A DNA stretch of 64,000 nucleotides from Candidatus Omnitrophota bacterium (GTDB lineage: Bacteria > Omnitrophota > Gorgyraeia > Duberdicusellales > 4484-171). A program made the translations under genes and the position numbers. Positions within the stretch are counted from its first letter, which is position 1. Every line of letters starts with the position of its first letter. This document shows positions 18,371-26,204 of the stretch, in pieces. The stretch is taken from contig CP070684.1 of the NCBI GenBank assembly GCA_020352775.1, positions 1,035,679 to 1,099,678 on the forward strand, read 5' to 3'. The notes below the pieces were generated by a model, which saw only the letters and a program-made list of their open reading frames with translations, had not been told where the DNA came from and made no database searches.

Positions 18371-20254
18371 ATGAAACTCTTTATCCGTTTATCTATCGCA
18401 ATCTTTATTTTAGCAAGTAGCTTTTGCTTCGCGGCCCAACATAGCCGAGACTATCTAAACATTGCTTTGCTTTTTAAGGAAGCCGCGGAATACGAAAGAG
18501 CAATCGAGGTGCTTGAGAGGGCTAGAGCCCAAGGTTTTGACGAAAGACAAGATAAACACCTCGCGATCCTTTATTATTTGGCAGGGAAATCCCAAAAAGC
18601 CTTGAATGTTCTTGATCGGATGCCACAGAAGGATTGGCTTGCCTTTCTTTATCTCGGTTTAATTTATGAGGATTTGGGTAAAACAAATAAGGCCAAAGAT
18701 GCTTATTTAAAGACGCTAGAGTTAAAAAACAATAGCATTGCTCTTTACCGGCTGGCTAAGATTCATTACAATAAAAAATCATACCGTAAAGCAAAACAGT
18801 TTTTTTCCCAACTCATAAAGTTAGATCCTAGTATACGTTTAGCCTACTATTACCTGGGAGAATGCTTTTTGAAGGAATCTGATTTTGAGAGATCCTACCA
18901 TTATTTTTCTAAGGCCATAAAGTTTTATCCTCAAAACAGACAGCTGCAGAAGAAGCTCGCAATTTCTAAGAAAAAATTGGGTAAGAGGTTTTTTGCTAAA
19001 AGAAAAAAGAGTAAAGAGAAAGAAAGAAAAGAGGTTAAACTGTCTGCCTACATCAGAGAGGAAGGGATACCTATGGTGCGAGTGGGGCTTGTGCGGGGCT
19101 TAGAGAGATTTAGTTTTCGATGCGGACAGGATTTTATTATAAAAGGAAAGAAGCGTACCTTTAAGGGCAGAGCAGATAGATTTTATACTTTTGTCTGGAG
19201 CAAAAAAGGAATAAAACTCACGGATTATAAGACAAATGCTGTGTACCGTAAGTTCTCCGCCCCCATTAAGATAGAGGCACAAACTCACCCCTTTTATCTT
19301 TTGGATGTAACTTATGGAAAAGGTGATTTTTGGCATAAAAAGATTGATAGAATTTATCGGGGCAATCTGGAAATAGTGGCGGGGTCTGAGGGTATGAATT
19401 TGATTAATATTTTAAGTGTTGAGGAGTATCTTTATGGCGTATTACCTGCAGAGATACTACCTTTTGTGCATTCCGAGGCACTTAAGGCTCAGGCAGTAGC
19501 AGCACGTACAATCGCAATGAGAAGTAAGGGGCGACATCGTAAAGAAGGGTTTGATTTTTGTAACGATGTGCATTGTCAGGTATATCAGGGTTTATCAGTA
19601 GAAAAGGAGAAAGCCCGCGCTGCTGTTAAAGAAACAAGAGGAGAGGTGCTTTTATATGAAGATAATCCTATTGAGGCATTTTATCACTCCAATTGCGGGG
19701 GTTGTTTGCGTTCTGATATGTTTGGCAAAAGAGGATATTTAGTCAATAAAATCGATAAGGCTCCTAGTTCTTCAGAGGTTGGCATCGAAGACTTTTCTGC
19801 CTATGAAGAAGAGCTGTGGTTTAAAGCTGTTCCGCGCACTTTCAGTAGCACAAAGGACAGTGTTTTTCGCTGGCAAAGAGCATATGATGCCCAAGATTTT
19901 ATGTTTATTTTTGGGTTTGCCTTAGCTGATTTAAAAGAAGTTGTGTTTTTAGAGGAAGGCGATTGTTTTCATCATCACAAGATGCAACTAGAGACTATCC
20001 GCGGCACTACCCAATTGGTTGGTGATTTAAAAATACGAAATTTCTTTGATAAATTAAGAAGCAGCGCTTTTAAATTAGAGATCAAATATTCCCACAAGAA
20101 AGTCCCGCAAATGCTCTTTTTTTGGGGGGCCGGCTTTGGTCACGGAGTAGGCTTAAGCCAGAAAGGAGCGATAAATATGGCTGATCAAGGCTTTAATTAC
20201 CGTCAGATCCTGCGACACTACTATCCCAACACAAAGCTAAAGAAAATGTACTAG
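18371..20254 (+). CDS. exported TPR-repeat / SpoIID(LytB)-domain protein
   Basis: Signal peptide MKLFIRLSIAIFILASSFCFAA, then N-terminal TPR repeats (…LYYLAGKSQKAL…LYLGLIYEDLGKTNKAKDAYLKTLEL…YYYLGECFLKESDFERSYHYFSKAIKF). C-terminal SpoIID motifs (VEEYLYGVLPAE…EALKAQAVAARTIA…FDFCNDVHCQVYQG…EAFYHSNCGG…GHGVGLSQKGA). Confidence 0.7.
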   Translation: MKLFIRLSIAIFILASSFCFAAQHSRDYLNIALLFKEAAEYERAIEVLERARAQGFDERQDKHLAILYYLAGKSQKALNVLDRMPQKDWLAFLYLGLIYEDLGKTNKAKDAYLKTLELKNNSIALYRLAKIHYNKKSYRKAKQFFSQLIKLDPSIRLAYYYLGECFLKESDFERSYHYFSKAIKFYPQNRQLQKKLAISKKKLGKRFFAKRKKSKEKERKEVKLSAYIREEGIPMVRVGLVRGLERFSFRCGQDFIIKGKKRTFKGRADRFYTFVWSKKGIKLTDYKTNAVYRKFSAPIKIEAQTHPFYLLDVTYGKGDFWHKKIDRIYRGNLEIVAGSEGMNLINILSVEEYLYGVLPAEILPFVHSEALKAQAVAARTIAMRSKGRHRKEGFDFCNDVHCQVYQGLSVEKEKARAAVKETRGEVLLYEDNPIEAFYHSNCGGCLRSDMFGKRGYLVNKIDKAPSSSEVGIEDFSAYEEELWFKAVPRTFSSTKDSVFRWQRAYDAQDFMFIFGFALADLKEVVFLEEGDCFHHHKMQLETIRGTTQLVGDLKIRNFFDKLRSSAFKLEIKYSHKKVPQMLFFWGAGFGHGVGLSQKGAINMADQGFNYRQILRHYYPNTKLKKMY

Positions 20255-20640
20255 ATTTTTATTCCCAGAAGGGTGAGGATTTTGGGCAGAAATATAATAA
20301 CGCCGATGACCACGGCACTAATGGTGGCGATTAATACTGTTCCGGAGGCGATGTCTTTTAGTATTTTTACGTGAGGGTCTTTATCCGGTATTATAAGATC
20401 AAGAAGGATTTCAGTTATGGTGTTAAATGTTTCGAATGCAAAGACAATAGTGATTACGATTATTACGATTATGAATTCAAGTAAGGAAATCTGAAGAATA
20501 AATCCGGCCGCAATTGCTAGAGCACCTAATGCAGCGATGATTTTTGCGTTTCTTTCTGTTTTTATTACTAGATGCAGTCCTTTTAACGCGCCAATAATGC
20601 TTTGCAATATGCTTCTGTGTCTCCAGGGCCTTTCAAACAT
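20251..20640 (-). CDS. dgkA: DgkA-family membrane kinase (diacylglycerol / undecaprenol kinase)
   Basis: 129 aa with 3 TM segments. FETFNTITEILLDLI…PHVKILKDIASGTVLIATISAVVIG matches the prokaryotic DgkA E..NTAIE…D…AKD.aagAVL signature. Last gene of the minus-strand operon; 5 nt from the upstream radical-SAM ORF. Confidence 0.65.
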   Translation of the reverse strand: MFERPWRHRSILQSIIGALKGLHLVIKTERNAKIIAALGALAIAAGFILQISLLEFIIVIIVITIVFAFETFNTITEILLDLIIPDKDPHVKILKDIASGTVLIATISAVVIGVIIFLPKILTLLGIKI

Positions 20641-20644
20641 AATT

Positions 20645-22039
20645 TTATAAGTTAAGAAGGTATTTTTCTATCTGTGGGGTGGAATCAAGGTTTTCTCCCA
20701 AAACGCCCCACATTTTTTTATTTTCCATGCATAAATATATAGGGGTCTTTTGATCGTGTTGTTTTATGTATTTTACCATAGATTCATAAATTTTTCTTCT
20801 AATAAATTCAGGATAGCGCAACTTTTTATCTTCACCTAATAGCAGCTCCCCATAAAAAATACTGCTTTGTGTAAATCTTGATTCCACGATATTTTTAAGT
20901 TCACGGTTAGAACGCAGTGTCCCCAGGCTAATCCAGGCAAAGGGTGGCTTTAGATGAGAATACAATTTATCTATCAGCTCTTTATATTCTTTTTCCCAGC
21001 CCTCAAAATGAATAATGGGATCAAAATGGAAAGCTATTCTATACCCTTTATCTTGAACTTTTTTAGCTGCTAAAAGTCTCTCTTCTAGAGATGCTGCTCC
21101 TAGCTCTTCTTTTTCGGCGATATTAGAAGGATTAAGCGACCAGGAAATCACGATATTTGACGGAGGGCTGATATCAACTAAATTGGCGATGTTAGTGCTT
21201 TTTGTTTTTAATTCAAATAAAACGTGTTTTCCTTCAAAATAAGGAATGAGTTTTTTAGAATATCCAGTTATGTTATCAAGCGCTAAGGAATCACAGAATT
21301 CTCCTGTGCCGATGCGGATAGGTTTTTTTAGTTTTCTGTAAAAAGCATCGAATTGCTCAAAAAAGTCTTCAATGTTGCCCGGTAAGAGGAGGCCGGGGAA
21401 ATTTGTGTAGTGCTGCAAGAAGCAGTAAGAGCAATCAAAGGAGCAGCCAAACCCTAAGTTCAGGATCCAGTAGCCACAACAGACATGATTTTTAGTGCAA
21501 GGGCAGGGTTTTATAAAATCCCATTTTTCTTTTACGATAAAGACCAAAGGCTTTTTTAATTGGGAAATGCTGAATTTGTTTGTTTTAAGATAATCACTGT
21601 AGTAGTTAAGTTCTTCGATATCTACCGCAGGAAATTTCCTTTTGAAATTATCCAGGAGTTCGCATTCTCTTACTTCCTTCTCTACGAAGATTTTTAAAGG
21701 TTTAAATGGCTTGTGTATTTGCCAGTTATCAGCTATAGGTTTTCGAAGTTTTGAGCTAAATACCTTTTTTGTATCTATTTTTTGGTGCGCAGCGGTAAGA
21801 GGAAACCTTCTTTTTATGAGTGCTTCTTTAATCGCGAAGAATTTGTTTCTACCGTAATATTTATCCAGAGGAGTTTTTGATTTTAAATCAGCGATGAGAG
21901 CATTAAGAGCAATGTCGTCTCGCCTTATTATTTCAAATAAAAGACGCTCTATGTCCCGCATCTGATTCTTATTGGGAGAGAAATCAAACTGACTTTGAAT
22001 GGTTTGTTTTAAATCCTCAAACATAATCAAATTGCTCAA
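20645..22039 (-). CDS. radical SAM enzyme of the COG1533 (spore-photoproduct-lyase-like) family with ~190-aa N-terminal extension and extra Cys cluster
   Basis: CxxxCxxC: LGFGCSFDCSYCFLQHY. Family blocks IGTGEFCDSLALD…LKTKS…SLEERLLAAKKVQDKGYRIAFHFDPII parallel those of the paralog at 22834–23694. An extra PCPCTKNHVCCGY motif lies upstream. Confidence 0.65.
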   Translation of the reverse strand: MSNLIMFEDLKQTIQSQFDFSPNKNQMRDIERLLFEIIRRDDIALNALIADLKSKTPLDKYYGRNKFFAIKEALIKRRFPLTAAHQKIDTKKVFSSKLRKPIADNWQIHKPFKPLKIFVEKEVRECELLDNFKRKFPAVDIEELNYYSDYLKTNKFSISQLKKPLVFIVKEKWDFIKPCPCTKNHVCCGYWILNLGFGCSFDCSYCFLQHYTNFPGLLLPGNIEDFFEQFDAFYRKLKKPIRIGTGEFCDSLALDNITGYSKKLIPYFEGKHVLFELKTKSTNIANLVDISPPSNIVISWSLNPSNIAEKEELGAASLEERLLAAKKVQDKGYRIAFHFDPIIHFEGWEKEYKELIDKLYSHLKPPFAWISLGTLRSNRELKNIVESRFTQSSIFYGELLLGEDKKLRYPEFIRRKIYESMVKYIKQHDQKTPIYLCMENKKMWGVLGENLDSTPQIEKYLLNL

Positions 22040-22853
22040 TCAATCCTTTATAGTATTGTGCTTCTTTTGTTTTCTTTCTTTTTAACGCTCCTTTTATATA
22101 AATAGAACATTTTTCTTTTAATTCCTCAAATGCTATTTGTGCCAGTTCTTTATTTAATTCTCCATTTGCCAATATTTTTTTCAAGGCAGTAATGCGGAAT
22201 TTATCCATCGCAGGGTATTTCTTTGATTGCTGGTCGGGATGGCCCCCTTCTTTAATGGTAAGGTCTTCGGGAATAAGCATTACTGGATAGCGGGCAGTTG
22301 CGCGCAGCCAGAAATCATAGTCTTCGCAGGCCGGGAAATTTTCATCGAATAGCCCAATTTCGTCAAAAATACCTCTTCTTATCGCAGCGGTAGAGATACT
22401 GATACAGCATAACTTGACTGCCTGCTCAAACACAAACCCTGATGGTTTTTGATGATATGTTTTTTGCGCTAGAAGCGCTCCACTTCGATACCAGATTTCA
22501 TTAGTGTGAAATATTTTGTATTCCGGATATTTTTTAATGTAATTGTAGCTAAGCGATAATTTATCTTTACGGAATCTATCATCGGAATCTAAAAAGCATA
22601 TAAATTCACCCTGGCAATTTCTTAGTCCCTTATTGCGAGCAGTAGAAACCCCTTGGTGGGGTTGGTAACTATAATAAAGACGGGAATCTTTTAAATCAGC
22701 GATTAGCTCTTTGGTAGAATCAGTTGAACCATCATCGACGACTATCAGCTCAAAATCTTTGAATTCTTGGCGCAGAACCGAATCAATTGCTATCTGCAAG
22801 AAACGCATCCGGTTGTAAGTGGGGATAATGATACTAAAGAATGGCCTTTTCAT
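22017..22853 (-). CDS. family-2 glycosyltransferase
   Basis: FSIIIPTYNRMRFLQIAIDSVLRQEFKDFELIVVDDGSTDST… with DxD-type FLDSDD. Overlaps both flanking radical-SAM ORFs (23 nt and 20 nt). Confidence 0.75.
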   Translation of the reverse strand: MKRPFFSIIIPTYNRMRFLQIAIDSVLRQEFKDFELIVVDDGSTDSTKELIADLKDSRLYYSYQPHQGVSTARNKGLRNCQGEFICFLDSDDRFRKDKLSLSYNYIKKYPEYKIFHTNEIWYRSGALLAQKTYHQKPSGFVFEQAVKLCCISISTAAIRRGIFDEIGLFDENFPACEDYDFWLRATARYPVMLIPEDLTIKEGGHPDQQSKKYPAMDKFRITALKKILANGELNKELAQIAFEELKEKCSIYIKGALKRKKTKEAQYYKGLIEQFDYV

Positions 22854-23694
22854 AATTAATTGTTGAGGAATAATATTGGCTAAAGTCCGGCACGATATAG
22901 AAGAACTTTTTATCGGGATGGGCGCGCTGAATTTCTTTTATGGTTTGTTTTAGATTTTTGGCGAATTCTTCATAGCGTGTTTTATTTTTATATATCTTTT
23001 TAAGTTTTTCCTTTAAGTCCTTACCCATATGTTTTTCTACTACCTCTAAGATCTTATCAAACCTTCCCATTTGGTGGTGGTATAGTTCAATGTCTATTTC
23101 TTTTACTGCGGCAGGAATCATTTTCATTATTTTATCCAGTTCTGATATATAGGGAATAAAAGGACCGATGTGGATACGTAAATCAATACCCTTTTGAATA
23201 ATTTCCGTAATAGTTTTTAGCCGCTCTTCTAAGAGGGGAGATTTTTTCTCCAAGAATCTTATTATTGTATTGGAAGAAGAGTTGAAGGTAAAGTATATTT
23301 TATTAGCCTTGTTTTGAGCAATTAATGGCAGGCAGTTTCTTATCAGATGGGATTTGGTAAGGATCGTGTAGGGTATTTTGTTATGGTTAAGAATGTAAAG
23401 AATTTTCTCCATAAGATTATATTGTAAATCTTGGTATTGGAAGCACTCCGTGGTTGAGCCCAGAAGAACTCGTTTTGGCTTTTTAAAGCGCAGTTCGCGC
23501 TCTAGGGCTTGGGCCGCATTGTTTTTTACCCCCAAACAAGATGAAAAGTCATCTCTTTTTATATTTTTATTCTCTTGCGAATAACAATAGAGGCATCCAA
23601 ATTCACAACCTCTAAAAGGATTGATTACATAATCTGCGAGGCTGATATTGGTAGGCGAAAGTACCTTTTGTGTATTGATAAGCTTAATTTTCAT
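22834..23694 (-). CDS. radical SAM enzyme, COG1533 (SplB-like) family
   Basis: INPFRGCEFGCLYCYSQ, LGSTTECFQ, ILTKSHLIRNCLPLIA, RLKTITEIIQKGIDLRIHIGPFIPYISE. 286 aa, the minimal family size. Confidence 0.7.
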   Translation of the reverse strand: MKIKLINTQKVLSPTNISLADYVINPFRGCEFGCLYCYSQENKNIKRDDFSSCLGVKNNAAQALERELRFKKPKRVLLGSTTECFQYQDLQYNLMEKILYILNHNKIPYTILTKSHLIRNCLPLIAQNKANKIYFTFNSSSNTIIRFLEKKSPLLEERLKTITEIIQKGIDLRIHIGPFIPYISELDKIMKMIPAAVKEIDIELYHHQMGRFDKILEVVEKHMGKDLKEKLKKIYKNKTRYEEFAKNLKQTIKEIQRAHPDKKFFYIVPDFSQYYSSTINYEKAIL

Positions 23695-24979
23695 AAATTA
23701 GATTATTAATAAAGCTTTTAGTATATCTTATTTTTTCATTTTGTAAAAACTTAATAAATGCCGATACCTTATTTAATCCCTGGGGGGTGGGGAATTTATC
23801 CTTAAACTCTTTTAGATAATCTATGAAGGGATTAACCTGAGCAATCTTGGGTATGATATTTTTATTGCTTTTAATAAACTGCAGGGTTTTAAGATAATCT
23901 TTTTTTTGTTCGTGGGGATAACCAAAAATAAGACTTATTTCAAAGTGTAGATCAGCTTTTTTTAGTTTGCGAAAGAATCTGACAGCTTCATTGCTGCTAA
24001 ATCCTTTATTCATAAGAGAAAGAATTCGATCCGAGCCATTTTCTAAGCCAATGAATAAGTTAAAACAACCGCTTTTTTTCAAAAGATGGGCTAATCCTTG
24101 GGGAAAATCAGGTTTTATGCGGGCCTGAGCTTCCCATTTAATGGATAAGTTGTTTTTTACGAGGAGCTGGCAAAATTCTTCTAACCATTGAGTTTTATAA
24201 TTTATGAGAGAGTCACAGAATACAAAGCTGTCAATTTTATATTTGGATATAAGATGTTTTATTTGTTCAATGATATATTGCGGTGAGTGGTATCTGAATT
24301 TGCGAGAAAGTAATTTTTCCGAACAAAAATTACACTTATAAGGGCAGCCGCGGGAAGAAAGAAGCGGAAGAGATCTTGAGTATTTAAGGGGGTTTAAGGG
24401 TTCAAAATTAAGAAGGGGGAGGCTATCAAGATCTGGGAGCTCTTTAAAGCAGGTTATTTGCGGCTCGCCTTTAGTTAAGATGTTATAAAGGGGTATTTCT
24501 CCTTCGCCGATAATCCAGAAGTCAGCGGAGTTTAATTTATTTTTTTCTTTTAAGATTAGTGTGTGTGGCCCGCCAAAAACGATTTTTTTATCGGGGAATC
24601 TATTCTTTATTCGGCGAGCAAGCTTAAAAGCAAAAGGGGTATTTCTTTTTAAAAGAGAAAAGCCTATCACCCGTGAATTTTGGATTTGCCTATAAAGATT
24701 TTCAAAGACAAAAGGAGCCCTTTTTTCCGCTATATAAAATAAACCTTTTTCGAAATCATCATCCAGGGTGAGCCATTTATTTAGGGGGTAGTTGAGGTAT
24801 TTATAAAGGGTGGAATTTAAGTCATGTATCTGTACACCAATCTTTTTGTTTTCAAGATAATTCTTAAGATAAATGAGTGAAAGAGGTGGAGTTTTTAGCC
24901 AAAAAGGAGGTGTCTGGATAATATGGACAGTTTCTTTCATTGCTGTATAATTATACCATGTTGTATATTCACATTCCAT
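23684..24979 (-). CDS. B12-binding-domain radical SAM enzyme (class B-like)
   Basis: N-terminal Rossmann-like region (…IQTPPFWLKTPPLSLIYLKNYLE…VIGFSL…) upstream of the radical-SAM core SSRGCPYKCNFCSEK. First gene of the operon. Confidence 0.7.
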   Translation of the reverse strand: MECEYTTWYNYTAMKETVHIIQTPPFWLKTPPLSLIYLKNYLENKKIGVQIHDLNSTLYKYLNYPLNKWLTLDDDFEKGLFYIAEKRAPFVFENLYRQIQNSRVIGFSLLKRNTPFAFKLARRIKNRFPDKKIVFGGPHTLILKEKNKLNSADFWIIGEGEIPLYNILTKGEPQITCFKELPDLDSLPLLNFEPLNPLKYSRSLPLLSSRGCPYKCNFCSEKLLSRKFRYHSPQYIIEQIKHLISKYKIDSFVFCDSLINYKTQWLEEFCQLLVKNNLSIKWEAQARIKPDFPQGLAHLLKKSGCFNLFIGLENGSDRILSLMNKGFSSNEAVRFFRKLKKADLHFEISLIFGYPHEQKKDYLKTLQFIKSNKNIIPKIAQVNPFIDYLKEFKDKFPTPQGLNKVSAFIKFLQNEKIRYTKSFINNLIYEN

Positions 24980-26073
24980 TTTGTCGAAAAAAGTGCTCCT
25001 ATTGTGATTTTTACAGCATAGCTTACTCTCGCAATTGCGCCTCTAGCTATATTGATGTGCTTTGTTCCCAGCTGAAAGAATTAAAAGGTAATTTTTCTAC
25101 CATTTATATCGGGGGAGGAACCCCTTCGGTTTTAGATAAGCGCCTTTTGATGAAATTGTTAAAGAGTTTACGGCCGTTTTCTAAAGGGGTAGTTGAATTT
25201 ACGATTGAAGTAAACCCGGAGAGTCTGGACAATGATAAATTGGGATTATTTGTTAGTGAAGGAGTAAATCGCATCAGTATCGGGGTGCAATCTTTTTTTG
25301 ATGATAAACTTAAGCAATTAGACAGATTGCATTCAAGCAGGCAAGCTAAAGACGCGGTATTAAAAGCAAAAAAGTGCGGAATTGATAATATAAGTATTGA
25401 TTTGATTTTCGGGGTAGAAAAAGAGACCCTGGATGATTGGCAGAAAGAATTGGAGATAGCAGTTAAGCTGCCCCTAAAGCATATTTCCACTTATGCTTTA
25501 ACTTATGAAAAGAATACGGCGCTCTGGGACAGGTTAAAGAAGGGTGAGTTGATTGCCTTGGATGATGAAATTACATCCCGAATGTATCAGCTGGCAATGG
25601 ATTATTTGGTGCGGCATAACTTTTATCATTATGAGGTATCAAACTTTTCTCAAGCAGGCTTTTGCTGTGAGCATAATTTAAATTATTGGGATAATAAACC
25701 TTATGTGGGATTGGGGCCTTCGGCGGTCTCTTATAGAGGGGGGGTAAGGGCTAAGAACACCTCTGATTTAGGCGATTATGTTGATAGGTTTAAGAAAAGA
25801 GAGCCCCTGGAGGTTTTTGCGGAGAAATTAGCCCCACAGAAAAGAGCAAAGGAAACTGCAGCAATAAAAATAAGAACAAAAGCAGGAATTAACTTTAAGG
25901 AATTTAAAGAACAGACCGGCGTTGATTTCTTAAGTTTGCAGGGTCCCGCCTTAGAAGAGCTTATCAAGAGCGGGTATTTGCGCTATTGTAAAAGAAGCGG
26001 GGAAAAGGATGGTGTTTGTTTGACTGAAAAAGGGTTTTTGTTTTGTGATACTGTCTCAGCCAGCCTCTTATAA
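24940..26073 (+). CDS. hemW: HemW/HemN-like radical SAM protein (heme chaperone / oxygen-independent coproporphyrinogen oxidase-like)
   Basis: LYIHIPFCRKKCSYCDFYS…IYIGGGTPS…RISIGVQSF. The start may be the second ATG at 24958. Diverges from, and overlaps, the minus-strand B12-rSAM start. Confidence 0.8.
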   Translation: MLYNYTMLYIHIPFCRKKCSYCDFYSIAYSRNCASSYIDVLCSQLKELKGNFSTIYIGGGTPSVLDKRLLMKLLKSLRPFSKGVVEFTIEVNPESLDNDKLGLFVSEGVNRISIGVQSFFDDKLKQLDRLHSSRQAKDAVLKAKKCGIDNISIDLIFGVEKETLDDWQKELEIAVKLPLKHISTYALTYEKNTALWDRLKKGELIALDDEITSRMYQLAMDYLVRHNFYHYEVSNFSQAGFCCEHNLNYWDNKPYVGLGPSAVSYRGGVRAKNTSDLGDYVDRFKKREPLEVFAEKLAPQKRAKETAAIKIRTKAGINFKEFKEQTGVDFLSLQGPALEELIKSGYLRYCKRSGEKDGVCLTEKGFLFCDTVSASLL

Positions 26074-26145
26074 GCCCAACCAAGAACTATCGCTTTAAGT
26101 AGCAAGTTGTGAGTGTTTAGGCAGTTTTTTCAGGGTCTAATTCGC

Positions 26146-26174
26146 TTGCGAATTCGGTATTTGTGTGGTAGAAT
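26146..26174 (+). promoter_or_regulatory. sigma70-type promoter (TTGCGA-17-TAGAAT with TGTGg extended -10) overlapping a perfect 7-2-7 palindrome AATTCGCttGCGAATT
   Basis: Read directly: -35 26146–26151, spacer 17, -10 26169–26174, ~30 nt upstream of the hldE ATG at 26205. The palindrome spans 26139–26154. Confidence 0.4.
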
Positions 26175-26204
26175 TTCTCCTTATAGAAAGGCTTTAAGAT
26201 TGTC

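Noticed and set aside
20645-24979. Reading the rSAM operon as a RiPP (peptide natural product) cluster
   Set aside because: No short precursor ORF with a leader/core organisation is present in or next to the operon. The only micro-ORF I found (425–514) is 20 kb away. The GT2 plus DgkA content points to a lipid or glycan substrate instead. A leaderless or very short precursor cannot be excluded.
20645-24979. Horizontal-transfer island signature (GC shift, integrase, tRNA-adjacent insertion)
   Set aside because: By eye the block is only slightly more AT-rich than its flanks (spot counts 30–40% GC against about 40%). There is no integrase, transposase, direct repeat or flanking tRNA. Strand inversion is the only island-like property, so I do not call it a mobile element.
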